This document shows, piece by piece, positions 13,682 to 26,843 of a stretch of 64,000 nucleotides of DNA. Position 1 is the stretch's first letter. Each line of letters opens with the position of its first letter. A program made the translations under genes and the position numbers. The DNA lies in NCBI RefSeq assembly GCF_006345805.1, contig NC_042999.1, positions 141,484,001 through 141,548,000 on the forward strand. The letters run 5' to 3'. The DNA comes from Octopus sinensis (Eukaryota). The notes beneath the pieces were generated by a model, which saw nothing but the letters and a program-made list of their open reading frames with translations, did not search any database and had not been told where the DNA came from.

Positions 13682-13905
13682 TTAGTCCTTTAGCATTCAG
13701 ATTGCTCTGTCAAATGTATTGCCTATTTATTCACATTGTTTTGAAAATAATCATGCATTATCTCATAGCTTTGGGATTTCAATGATGTGATTGTTTATTT
13801 TTAGAATGACCTTGTAGGTGTAAGAAGCTGGATATGGCCAGTTTGAACATAAAACAAGTAGAATATTTGGGCTGGATATGGTCAGTTTAAATGCTAAAGC
13901 ATTAA
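13682..13905. mobile_element. piggyBac-type MITE (decayed), inverted relative to 57524-57925
   Basis: cctttagcatt...aatgctaaag TIRs; internal similarity to the 57524 copy. Confidence 0.65.
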
Positions 13906-13961
13906 GACTTACCCACAGCAAAAATTGATAATTCATTTTGAAGCAAAGATATAAATTTGAC

Positions 13962-14353
13962 ATTGTTATATTTGGAGATGGTCATTTTTTTTGCCAATTA
14001 ATCACATGTACTATATACTTATGCGCTTCACATCAGCTTTATTTTTATTCTTATTTTGGTATCCTTTGTCTGGAAATCTTATGTCACACATCTGTAGCCT
14101 CTTCAGTGACTCTCTATCCCACATGTCACCTCCAGTTCTGTTTAGTCCCCCAGAAAGACAGAATGGAGGAGAAAAACAGAACAGGAGGAGACACATTGGA
14201 TGGAAAGTCACTGAAGAAGTCACAGGTGTGTGACAAAAGATTTCTAGACAAAGGACACTAAAATAAGAATGATAATAAAGCTGAAGGGAAGAATGAGTAT
14301 ATAGTGTGTGTGGTTATTTGGAAAAAAAAATGATTATCCTGAAATATAACAAT
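13962..14353. repeat. About 390-bp imperfect fold-back palindrome (Penelope-like inverted ends)
   Basis: Left and right arms are reverse complements; each arm holds a CTGAAGA-hairpin motif. Confidence 0.85.
14207..14249 (+). ncRNA. Degenerate hammerhead-ribozyme-like motif (mirror copy 14068-14110 on -)
   Basis: GTCA CTGAAGA A GTCAC aggtgt GTGAC AAAA GATTTC TAGAC. Confidence 0.55.
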
Positions 14354-14708
14354 AGGTGTTTCAACATATGTGTTTACATCAGGCAATTTGTAAAACAAAT
14401 ACATAAATGTATAAATTTGACATTTACTTTGAATAAACAAGCCAAAAACAAAATACTACAAATACAAAATGTTTATTTATTTATGTAGTTCATTGTTTAG
14501 GTAAAGAGAAATGCATTTCTTTAATGGATCTTTAAAGGCAAGAATGAATAAAGATTAAATTTCGTAATTGAAAATAAATATAGAGAATCTATTTTAAAAA
14601 TGTATAAAAAATCAATAGAATTTACAAACTGATTTATATCATCCCAAGACAACTTGGGTAAGACAATAGCACAATTGTATTCTTTGAGATTAAATTGTTG
14701 CTTTACTA

Positions 14709-14763
<55 letters not shown>

Positions 14764-15075
14764 GTTTTAAATTTTGGTACATGGCCAGTAATTTTGGGTG
14801 GGGAGATGAGCTGATTACATTGACTCCAGTATTCAAAAGGTATTTATTTTATTGACCCTGAAAGGAATTTAAAATCAGAGCAAAAAGGCAGATGAAATGC
14901 TACTGAGCATTTTACCCGGCATGCCAATTATTCTACCACCTCTCCACCTTAATGATAATAATAATAATAATAATGATTTTTAAAAACTTTTCTTTTATTT
15001 TAACAATAATAATAAAAAGGGTTTCAAATTTTGTCACAAAGGCAGCCATTTTTTTGGGGTGGGGAGATATGTTGA

Positions 15076-15338
15076 TTATATCCAGTTTTATTCTGCTGTC
15101 AATCATGTCTTTCCATTTCTGTACCTACAAATTTTTCTGCTGCATTTTTTTGCACACTGCAAAATTTTGCTTGCTGCTGTGCATTTTGGTGTTAATTGCC
15201 GCTTCTTCAGGGTGCTATTAACACCAAAATGCACACCAAGAAGCAAAACTTTGTAGGGTGCACAAAATTGCTGCAGAAACATATGTAGGTGCAGAAATGG
15301 AAGACATGATTTTAACAACAGGAGAAAACTGTATATAA
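15076..15338. repeat. About 260-bp fold-back palindrome with a hammerhead-like motif at its centre
   Basis: Arms are reverse complements; minus strand GCACC CTGAAGA...; right arm AAAA CTTT GTA GGGTGC. Confidence 0.85.
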
Positions 15339-15815
15339 ATCTCTATTCTCCTTATTATTAATATATGACACACACACGCGCGCGCACGCACACACACACA
15401 CACACACACATACACACATTTAAAAAGCAGCACAAAAAATATGTAGCACGCAATCCAAATTGGGTTCAGTAGTGGATTCCACACTCCACTCCATTATCCA
15501 GTGTAGACAGGGCCTCAACCTCAGGATAGGCTAGTGTGTGAAATACAAGCAAAGTGACAGAAATAATAGTAATTAAGCAGAAAACATAAGAGGTATTCAA
15601 TGCTTTATAAAACAAATATGTGTTTGTTAAATATGAGTATTCAATGTCAAAATAATTACATAACGGCAGTAAAAACATCATGCAGTCATGCTCTTCACCT
15701 CATCAGTGCCCCACACTGATGAGGTGAAGTGCATAAATAACACACCTATTTTCTGCTAATTTTATAAGCATAAATCTGTCCTCAAATATATCATGCACCC
15801 TGTATATATATATGT

Positions 15816-15891
<76 letters not shown>

Positions 15892-16581
15892 TAATATAAT
15901 AATTAGCAGAAAATAGGTGTGTTATTTATGCTTGTGCATACATGATAGTAAAAACATGATAGTACATTTTTTTCTCGCTTAGTTGAAGAAGGACAAGTCA
16001 TGTCTTTGACCCTTTTTAGTGCTTCTGAAGTTAGTGGGGAAGAAGTGGAGAACTTGTTTTTGACTGGAGATCATACACAAATGTCAGCAACCAAGCATAT
16101 TCTAGCATAGGCAGTGAAGGGCCTCGTGGTGGTGTTAAACTGGGTGATAGATAAATTCCAGCATCCAAAGCTGAAAACAGTCAGAAATGTGTAAATAATC
16201 CAAAAGTTGAGATTAATACTCCCATTAATCTTATCAACTGTAATAATGTCATGTCTCACAAATATAGAAATACACTTATATATTATTTAAATACACTCAC
16301 AAACTACAAACTATAAGTTTTGGATGAAACAGGCTTGTTATGTATATTTAAATGCTTCACTCATAAAACATAACTTTTTATGTTCTACAAGACATTTGTT
16401 GATTACAGGTGAGCATAATTTATCCACACATTCCACATTTGATTATTGGTATTTGTTTTAACCACTGCAGAGGAATGAATTGTTAACCTAAATCAACTTT
16501 AATTCGATGATTTGTTGAATGTCATCTTTAATGTTTCTTCCATTACCACTTTTAGTTTAGCGTGTCTATAATATCACTTCT

Positions 16582-16587
16582 TTATTG
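16582..16587 (-). promoter_or_regulatory. Candidate polyadenylation signal (AATAAA) of the ALDH3 gene
   Basis: tttatt on the + strand, shortly after the putative stop. Confidence 0.4.
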
Positions 16588-16634
16588 AATTATTCACCAT
16601 CAGAATAATTCCATTCCAAAAATATGTTATTTCT

Positions 16635-16739
16635 TTAGCTTGCTCCTTGTGAATGTTTCAAGAATCTATTTCTACTGAAGTCATTGTCAGCAACATTCCA
16701 ATGATGGAGTAAACTACCGTATGATGGTCCATAAACTTT
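16635..16739 (-). CDS. ALDH3: Probable terminal ALDH3 exon (KVYGPSYG...KHSQGAS*)
   Basis: Strong acceptor ctctttttcttttccag; phase 0, open for 34 codons to TAA; AATAAA about 50 nt downstream. No homology support. Confidence 0.6.
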   Translation of the reverse strand, partial: KVYGPSYGSLLHHWNVADNDFSRNRFLKHSQGAS

Positions 16740-16759
16740 CTGGAAAAGAAAAAGAGGTA

Positions 16760-18180
16760 AGACTGTTACATAGGTAAAAGTGATGCCTTAGGCAGAAATA
16801 ATTACAGAGGTATTAAATTGTTGGATCAGGTAATGTAAGTTATGGAGAAGGTCATAGCCCAACTATTTAGGAGCAGAGTTAGTGTAAATGTGATGCAATT
16901 TGGTTTTGTGCTGGAGAGAAGCACCACTGATGTTATATTCCTTGTAAGGCAGCTGCAGGAGAAGTACTAAGCCAAAAATAAACCCTTGTATGAGGCTTTT
17001 GTTGACATGGAGAAAGCCTTTGACAGGATCTCCTGATTCCTTATCTGGTGGTCAACGTGGGAACTAGGGATAGATGAATGGTTGGTGAGAGCTGTACAAG
17101 CCATTTACGGGATGTTGTCAGTAAGGTGAGGGTTGGCAGTGAGTATACTGATGAATTCAGGGTACAAATAGAGTTCTACCAAGTATCAGTCCTCAACTTC
17201 CGCTTGTTCATCATAGTCCTCCAGACAATAATGGAGAAATTTAAAATCAGGCTGCCCTTGGGAGCTCCTCTATGCTGATAACCTTGTTCTTATAGCTGAT
17301 TCACTACCAGAACTAGAAAAGAAATTCCAGGTGTGGCAGCAAGTTAATTTAGCAAAAACCAAAGTCTTAATAAGTAGGACAAGTTACAAAGCCCTTCAGG
17401 TAGATGGCTCTGCTTGACATGTTGAAAAACATAGGTAGAAACTCCATAAGATGTACCAGGTGCAAGCTATGGACACATAAGAAGTGCAGCAATATCAGAG
17501 GAAGGCTAACAGGGAAAATAGTCTTTGTGTGTGTCAGATGCACAGGTACAACACACTACAAATGTAAAGAAAATAGACTCCATCAAATGCCAACCTAGTA
17601 GTAGTTGATAGCTTGCATTATCTAGGTGACCAAGGCAGTGGAGGTGGATGCTTTGAGAGCATAGTTGCTAGAATAAGAATAGGCTAGGCAAAGTTAAAAG
17701 AGCTTCTACTTTTGTTAGTAACAAAGGGCCTTTCTTTCAGAATAAAGGCAACATACAGATGTTGCCTGTGTGTGAAAAGCCATGCTCCACACAGTGAAAT
17801 GTAGGCCGTGACTGCATAGGACATGTGAAGGCTTGAAAGGAATGAAGCCAGTATGCTTCACTGGATGTGCAATATCAGTGTGTATGAGCAACAGAGTGTA
17901 AGTGTCTTTTGAGAAAAACTAGGCTTAAGAGGCATCAAGTGTGGTGTGCAAGAGAGACTAATGTGCTGGTATGGTCGTGTGATGTCTATGGATGAGAACA
18001 GCTGGGTAAAGGAGTATCAATTTCTAATTGTGGAGGGAACCTGTGGGAAAGGCAGACCCAGGAAAACATGGGATGAGGTAATGTAACATGATCTTTGAAT
18101 GTTGGACCTCACAGAGTCGCTGACTTGTGACCAAGATCTTTGGCAATATGCTGTGCTTGAGAAGACTCGTCAAGCTAAGT
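16760..18180 (+). mobile_element. Degenerate RTE LINE, RT to C-terminus, followed by partial duplicate and tail to about 18625
   Basis: GKGDA..NYRGI, QFGF, DMEKAFD, LYAD.L, YLGD and GRPRKTW remnants with stops. Confidence 0.9.
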
Positions 18181-19298
18181 GAAATCATAGTCATGACTGT
18201 TGCTATTGTTATGTAAATGGCACCTATGAAATTGTAATCATGGCCATTGCCTGTAGCAGGATTTTTGAATGTTGGACCTGATGGAGGCAAGGACAAGGTG
18301 GTGAAGCATGATCTTCGAATGTTGAACCTCATGGAGGCAATGACAAGTGACCAAGAGCTTGGCAATATGCTGTGCTTGAGAAGACTCGTCAAGCCAAGTG
18401 AAACCATAGTCATGGCCATTGCCAGTGTCATGTAAACAACACCCTTGCCAGTGGCTCATAAAAAGCACCCATTACACTCTTGGAGTGGTTGGCATTAGGA
18501 AGGGCATCCAGCCATAGAAACCATGCGAAATCAGACTGGAAGCTCTCCAGCTTACCAGTTCCAGTCAAGCCATCTAACCATGTCAGTATGGCAAGCAGAT
18601 TTTAAATGATGATGATGATGATGATTTACATCTAGACTTTCTTTGATCAGTTTGATCTCCAATTAAAAGATTTAAGTGAATATAAATATTAAAAAGTATT
18701 TCATTTCTAAAGATAAAATCAACAATCTTGTCATGGAAAACTGGCCAAGTTTTGAGCACTAAATTCTTGATCCACTTCATTTTTACAAGTTTGTGCTTGC
18801 TGTATTTTTTCCAGCTAAGAAACAAAAATTGATTTTGCTTTGTATTTTCAAACCTCTTTCAACCAATCAGAAGTGTCAGCTCCATTAAATTGAATAAATC
18901 TATGAAATCAATTAATAAAATAAAAGTCGACACATATCACAAATGAATAAAAAATTAAAAAATGAGGTGGGTATTGCTGTGATTAGACATTTAATCCAAG
19001 CATTGTTTATTTATCAAAAACATTGATATTGAAGATAATGATATTCCCTCCATTGCAAATTAATATTGTAATTCCTGTTTGAAGCTATTTTAGTTTGCTT
19101 ATGCTACTAATGATTCAATTACTTGACTTTTCACGTTAAGTTAATTACCATTTATGAATGATCAACTATATTGATTTCAAAAGGTGAGGACTACTTTTAC
19201 TGTAATGTTTATGCACTTCCTGGTGTTATTAGCAATCTATGTGAAGTAAATAGGTTATAAAAACACAATATTGAAGTAATTTTTGGAAGTTAACTCAC

Positions 19299-19437
19299 CA
19301 TAAAGATAAATGACAGAATTAATGCTACAAGCAGTACAAGTAGAGCAGTAAGAAATTTCTTAGCAAGGCCAGGCCTCATCAGGACAAACCAGGTAAATAG
19401 TTGACATTTCTCATCGCTGTATGGTGGGTATCTTAAG
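19299..19437 (-). CDS. ALDH3: ALDH3-like exon with RYPPY and C-terminal transmembrane helix (FLTALLVLLVALILSFIFM)
   Basis: 139 nt, phase 2/0; RYPP motif plus hydrophobic anchor as in FALDH/ALDH3A2; ATG|gtgagt donor. Confidence 0.92.
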
Positions 19438-22360
19438 CTGAAAATAAAACAAGAAGCAAAGTTTATTGAGACCATTGGTGACCATTTTGATTTCTGATTG
19501 CTGAGAAGTAACTATGGCTAAAATAATAAGGTCTTGGCTGCTTAGCTTTCACTCATATTGTGCTGAATCCTGAGATACCTTAAAAAACACAAAACTCACC
19601 TAGTTTGTCTATCAGTTAATGGAGTAGTGAAATGGCATGTGGTGCAAAAGTTTGATTTTGAGTCTCCAAATTGATTAATAGTAATAAAAAACTGAGACAA
19701 CTCTAAAAGATGTCTCTTACAGTATGAAGGACTTCCCAGTGACAGATAAAGAAGTAAGAAAGTTGGAGAGATCTTGTTCAAATTTGACTTAATTATATTT
19801 TTTGATCCACACTACATCAGAAATAATCCAGACATTACCATCTTGATTAGTCACAAGACTACTCATGATTTAATATGATATAATTGATTTAGTTAAGCTG
19901 TGAGCATTACTGTTAAATCTGAGATGGACAATTCAAGGAAAATGGAAAACTGGACATCATCATCACCCCCTCCTCCTCCTCCCTCCCCTCCTCCTCCCCT
20001 CCTCTTCCTCCCTCCTCCTCCTCCTTTAACATCCATTTTCCATGCTGGCATGAGTTTGACCAGAGTGGGCAAGCTGGAAAGCTGCACCAGGTTCCAGCCT
20101 GGTTTGGCATGGTTTCTACAGCTGGATGCCCTTCCTATCACCAACCACAACCACTTTACAAAGTGTACCGGGTGTTTTTAAAATGGTGCCAGCACAAGCG
20201 TTTTTACATGGCACCAACATGAATGTTTTTTACATGATACAAGCACAGGTCTCTTGCAGGCCAATCCTCTTCACCAGGGGAAGAGCAGCCTTAACACTTC
20301 TTCTGTTTAGACAGTCTAATACAAAACAATAAAACAGTGAATTTTGGGTGTTGAAAGTTATCCTGCTCACATTCTCCATAGCAATTCCTCTCAGTATCAT
20401 CATACTATGACATGTTTGTATGTCTATATTTTTTCACAACCATCGAAGTGCAAAGTGCTCCGCACAAATGCAGGTTCGTGAAATGGTTGTGATTTGTAAA
20501 CAGTTTTAAGAAGGAACTGGAAAGAGAAGTATGTCAAACAAGTTATATGATGGTCTGCATGCTACATCTGATACTACTATCACACAGCTTTGTTGCCTTA
20601 GATAACTTCCAGGACAATCGCCCCATGTGGGTAGTTAAGAAATAGGTAACTTCCAAGACAAGAGATTTAGTGCATGTAAGGGAGATAAATTTTGCAAGCA
20701 TTAAAAAAAAAATTTAATGAGCTTCAATGAAATAATTTATGATTTTTTCATACTGATATAAAGAACAAATTCAACAGCCTGACATAAATTGAATGATAAA
20801 TGCAATAGTACTGAAAGAGTAATATAATTAGTTATTTTTAGTGAGAAAGCAATAATGATTTGGGTATGTTGTGGATAATTATAAGCTAATAAATTACTAA
20901 TTTATTAAAATGATACAAGTGTGCAGTGAGCCACTTTATGAAGTTGAAAGTGATAGCTAGACAAGTGGTAGATGCTATCAAAGGATCAAAAGCTTATATG
21001 TTATTGGTGCAAAATGCTATCTCTCAGAAAATTACATAGCTCTCAAAGACTCACTCCATTTAGCTGGATAGTACAATTTACTGCAATAAACAGTTAAACT
21101 AGTGCATAATTTATGAGTATTGTATTATCTTGCAATGTTAAGTTCAAATTGTTACAGAATCATTACATTTTATCTTTCCTTGTATCACAAACCTTATTAC
21201 AACATATTTAGAAATCTTTCATTTTTGATTTTTTACTTGTTTCAGTCATTGAAGTGCAGCCATGCTGGGGCACTGCCTTCAAGCATTTAGTGAAACAAAT
21301 TAACGCCAGTACTTTTTTTCAAAGTCTGGTACTTATTCTATTGGTGTCTTTTTGCCAAGCCACTAAGTTACAGGGATGTAAACAAACCAACTCTAGTTGT
21401 TAAGTGGTATGGGAGGGACAAACACAACACAAAGACACACACACACACACACACAAATATACATGTGCGTGTGTGCCAGACTTCTTTCACTCATTGGTCA
21501 ACCTGAGGCTATAGTAGAAGATACTTGTCCCTGGTGCCACACAGCATGATGGAACCTGGAACCATTTGGTTGGGAACAAACTTCTTTATCACACAGCCAT
21601 GCCTGAGATTATTTACACAAAGAATTGTTTGAAAATCAACTCTTGAGTAATGGAAACACATTTAATCTGATTGAAAATAGAAAAGCATTAGCTCTATAAT
21701 TAATATTATTTTAATCATTTTGGCTAATATGGGAGACAACTCCATATACAGTTTCTCTCAGACTTACTCTGCAAAGTATTAATTTCACTCTAATTGCTGC
21801 ACGTGTGATAAGTGAATCAATAAGCAGAATTACAGTATTGTAACTTGAGTAAAATTAGCAGTTTCATTCTTTTGGTATAGATGCTTCACTAAGGAGACCA
21901 ATAAGACTGAAATACAATTAAATAATATTAATCACAAAGCTAATGACCTTTTCTCACTGCATTTGTATTTTTAGTTAAATTTTTGATGCTTTGCATTAAA
22001 CGTTTATCCCTACTTAATTCTAGATTTTCAGGCAGCTCTTAGTAATTAACTGCAGTGTTTTCTTTTTCGCTTTTTTTTTTCCATTGATTATGTTAATTCT
22101 CTATTACTTGTGTTACAATACTGTAATCCTACCCAGTGTTTTTTTTTATCACTACTTCAGCAAGTAAGATGAAATCTATGCTTTACTGAAGAGATCTAAT
22201 AAGACCAAAACACATTAAGAGTTGTCTCTTGTACATTAAAATATTAGTCATTGAGCTAATGCTGTCTTTTCCTCACTGTTTAAGTATAATGACTTAGATT
22301 TTTTATGCTCAGTATTAAATATGTTCACCACAACATAAGTGGTTTCCCCTTCACATATAT

Positions 22361-22398
<38 letters not shown>

Positions 22399-22609
22399 AG
22401 TAGCATCTATTCTCTGAATTTAAGATTTGAGCTCTATGAAGCGAAATTTCAAAATGTGTACCAACCACACTGCTGCAAAGGACAATGAAAGACATATATT
22501 AGCTCAATTAGGCAGTGAAAATATTTGACAGAATCCAATATAGGATCACAGACTGTTGACTGTTACCCTGAAACTCGAATGATTTAAAAGAACAATGATT
22601 TGATACTTA

Positions 22610-22741
<132 letters not shown>

Positions 22742-22929
22742 TTATTGAAATAACAACAACAATAAATAAATGAATAAATAATAAGAAAAAACAAATATCA
22801 AGCATAATACTTTAGTTTCAACATTTACACCCACAAAAGATTTAAATACACAAAAATGTAGCCACATGTGGACTGTTGGCGATTTTTTTCCTCTGTCTTC
22901 CTTTTCTTTTGGACTTTACTCTGTCTCCT

Positions 22930-22964
22930 GTTTCTGAAGAAGAGCTTTGCTTGAAATGTAAAAC
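22930..22964 (+). ncRNA. Minimal type-I hammerhead-ribozyme-like motif
   Basis: GTTT CTGAAGA A GAGC ttt GCTT GAAA T GTA AAAC; stems I and II pair; the two deviations are CG>TG changes. Confidence 0.7.
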
Positions 22965-23343
22965 ACCCTGTCTTTCCTCCCCTGAGCATCTTATTAATAC
23001 TTTGCATGTACCACATCCTTGCATTGTTGATTTTTTCTTATCTTTTTACCTCCATTTTTTTGATTAACTAAATGTGTGTGTGTGTGTGTGTATACATCAT
23101 CATGTTGTTGCTGTTGTTGTTGTTGTTATTATTATTATTATATAGGGAACAATATGCATTTGTATTCCATCATCTTCAAGTTGAAGGGGTCATCATGTTC
23201 CAAGTCAGGTCTTATTCAGAGTTATTGCCCTTCTAGATGAGTTACAAGACCGTGTTCACATTTCATTTTTACCTTGGTTTCTATGAAGATGCCTTTCCTA
23301 TCATCATACAGGGTACATTTTACTATATGTATGTGTGGAGATT

Positions 23344-23393
<50 letters not shown>

Positions 23394-23552
23394 GTGGCAC
23401 AAAGTAGAATGCAACTCATAACTAAAGATAGGACTCAAATGTGGGTGACAATAATGAGGTGAAGTGCATGATTGCATAATGTTTCCATTGCATATCCTAT
23501 GAAACAGTGGATATCATACATGCTTCCTGCTTATTATTATTATTATCATTAT

Positions 23553-23948
23553 TAAGGCAGCAAGCTGGCTGAATCATTAGCATGCCAGGTGAAATACTTA
23601 GCAGTATTTTGTCTGCTGCTACATTCTGAGTTCAAATTCTGCCGAGGTCGACTTTGCCTTTCATCCTTTCAGGATCAATAAAATAAGTACCAGTTGAGTA
23701 CTGGGGTTGATGCAATTGACTTAGCCCCTGCCCAAAATTGCTAGCCTTGTGCCAGAATTTGAAATCATTATCATCATCATCATCATCATCATCATCATTA
23801 TCATTAAGGTGGTGGGCTGGCAGAATCATTAGCATGCCAGGTAAAATGCTCAGCGGCATTTTGTCTGTCATTACATTCTGAGTTCAAATGCCACCGAGCT
23901 CAACTTTACCTTTCATCCTCTCAGGGTCAATGAAATAAGTACCATTAA

Positions 23949-23950
<2 letters not shown>
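23553..23950 (+). mobile_element. Two tandem SINE family B copies
   Basis: aaggc.g.gagctggcagaatc...gagttcaaattc B-box; also at 30227-30640 (x2), 31630-31835, 14765-14950 (-), 46640-46850 (-). Confidence 0.8.
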
Positions 23951-23983
<33 letters not shown>

Positions 23984-24489
23984 AAATGCATACACACTTC
24001 TATATAGGAGTTTACAGAGAGTGAACTATTGCACATCAGATATCACATGTGGTCTATAATCAGAAGTAAGATCTGATCAAGACAAGTGGAGATTCCAGTC
24101 TTAGAAATAGGATTGAACTTGATTACATGATTGCATGTTTCGTGTATAGACATAAAACTACTGAAACTGTCATTTACTATATAGTGCTCTTGCTCATTAC
24201 TGCCATGATCTGAACTCACTCATTTACAGTTATGTTGTTAGGTCTGAGTGAGTTAGTGCCCTGGTCATGAACAACACTAGTAATGGGAGAGAATTGTTGT
24301 CTCTTTACACAAAGATATTTAAAGCGAAGTTAGTCAGTTCTAATGTTGGGAAAGGAACTTTCAAATCTTCAGTTTAAAAAGCAAACCCTTAGTTCATTGA
24401 AATTTCCCAGTGGGAAATATATGAGTGAACATTCAACAATTTTTTTGTATTTGGAATGTTACCAGGCTTAAGGATCACATTATACTTAC

Positions 24490-24605
24490 ATCCTCCATGT
24501 ACAATGACATCATTGATGCATACTCCACCACTTGTGGTTTGGGAAAGAAATTTGTTTACTGTTTCTTTGTTGCTTGAGAAAACATACAGAGACAATGGCT
24601 TCTCC
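24490..24605 (-). CDS. ALDH3: ALDH3-like exon ([10 protein letters not shown]...[15 protein letters not shown])
   Basis: 116 nt, phase 2/1; KPL.LYVFS and SGG..ND motifs. Confidence 0.95.
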
Positions 24606-25812
24606 CTAGAAAAAAAAAAGAAAAGAAATTAAATAAGGCAATGTGTCTTTCTTCAGAAGAGTAATATATGTTGTACAATTACTGCTATATGTTTTTATAT
24701 ATTACATGTTGGGAAATATATCTATTACCCCTTAAACCTTTATAATCAGAAATATCTGTCATTGGGTACTCAGCTATATTGATTTCAGAAGAGATTAGAA
24801 AATGACAGTTGAGAATTGTGGCATGGTGGGTCATATGCAGGAAGTAAACCAAGGGCCCTGAGCAGAAGTAAAAGAGGAAGTGATGGCAGGTGAGAAAGTG
24901 GGAGATCTGAGTAACCTCTTTTGGGCTCAGAGAGGTTGGCTAGAATCGATATGTGTTTGGAATCTCTGGGTATTCTAGCTAATGGCCTATGGTTGGGTCA
25001 GTGACAGTCTCTAAGTTGCATAGCAAGCTCAAGTCGGTGAGTGAAGAGTTCCTTTTGAAATTGTTTCCAGAAGTTAAGGTAAGAGAAAGGAATATGAGTA
25101 GTGCAGATAAAAGAAAGACAGACATGAAAAGTGAAATAAAGTTGCAAATTTGGTTTCCAGAGACTACATTTTATTGAAAAATATTTACGGTACATTTTTA
25201 TCTCAAATTACTCAGTGATAAATAGGTCAATCGCTTGACCATTCATGACCTGAAGTGCTTTTCATTAGGCAATTAAATCTATTGACTTTTTCTCAGAAAA
25301 TTTGTTGATTAAATACTGCACTGATTCTCTGGTCAAGATACTTAACTAGCAATAAATCTGTTGACCTATTTGACAATTCTGTTAAAAGAAACAGGTCATC
25401 TCTATTACTGACAAGTGTTTCATTAACTTGAAGTACCAAAAGAAAATCAGTCATGTATGTTTCTTTGCATTACTATACTAAGACAACATTTTCAGTTCAT
25501 AATATAGAAGTAAATTGGTATGTTTCATATATTCTACAAATATATTAAATTAATTAGTTCTATTACTTAATTCATTTTAATATCTTAAATGGTATCCAAA
25601 TAAATTAATGGATGAATGAACATAAATTTTATATCATAACAGCTTAATTTCAGTCAAATTAAGACTAAAATACCATGATGAAACAATAAATAAATAATTA
25701 AGAAATTTTAATTATATGATTAATTCTAAAAAACCCTTCAGTAAATTGTCACTAAATACAAACATTAAAAGGACCTTTTGAAAACATTTCCAAAGAGAAT
25801 ATTAATACTTAC

Positions 25813-25883
25813 CCACGCTTTATATACTGAATTGCTTCATCTTCATTTTCAACAGTCATTATTGGCAGAATTGGACCAAATAT
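25813..25883 (-). CDS. ALDH3: ALDH3-like exon (IFGPILPIMTVENEDEAIQYIKR)
   Basis: 71 nt; completes EEIFGP; |gtaagt donor. Confidence 0.95.
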
Positions 25884-26730
25884 CTAAAACAAAGAAAAGA
25901 CTTGTTGATAATAATATTAAAACAGTGAGGAAGTTGAACAACACAAGCATATATCATCATTATTGGTGTCATGAAAGAAGTACCCAGTACACTCTGTAAA
26001 GTGATAGAATGTAAGGACTCTTTAGAATTGTCAAGGACATAACACCTCTCTAGTGTTGGTGGCACAAAAAAAAAAAAAGAATAAAGCATCTGGTACACTC
26101 TGTTAAGTGGTTGGTATTAAGAAAGGCATCCTATGGTGGAAAGCAAGCCAAAATGAAATACAAGCAACATGAGGTTTCTTTGATCGTTTTAGGTGAGCAA
26201 ACCTGTCCACCTCATGCCAGAATGGATAGCAAACATAAAACTATATGACAATAACCTCTCTCTCTCTTTGCATATATATATATATATAAAATCTGTGTGT
26301 GTGTGTGCATGTGTGAGACACAACTATATTCAAGATTAATTTCTTTTATTAAAGATTTTTCACATTTCCTTATTAATCTTTTATGTTTAGATTGGAACAA
26401 TGGCACACCTAAACCCATTTGTCTTTTAATGTCTTATGACCTTCCTAGCCTAATCAACAAAATGAAAATTGGTAATTATTACATGTTATTCACACATATT
26501 AAAGGTTGTGGCAAAAAAGATCATGGGAATCTCCTAATATAATAATGAGCGTAGTGTTTTTATATATTTGTATGTATGTATGTATGTATGTATGTTGTAT
26601 GTATGTATGTATGTATGTATATGTATGTATGTATGTATGTATGTATATCTGTATGTATGTATATCTGTATGTATGTATGTATGTATGTAGTATGTATGTA
26701 TGTATGTATATATATATATATATATATATA

Positions 26731-26778
<48 letters not shown>

Positions 26779-26843
26779 GGAGCAAACACATAAATGTGAA
26801 ACAAGGTGAAAAAAAGAGTACTCAAATACCAGAGGTAGAGTAA

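Noticed and set aside
26499-26825. ORFs rich in IY/HT/CMYV
   Set aside because: Translations of (TA)n and (TATG)n microsatellites; the same applies to ORFs at 11309, 15703, 23222 and 41790-42081.
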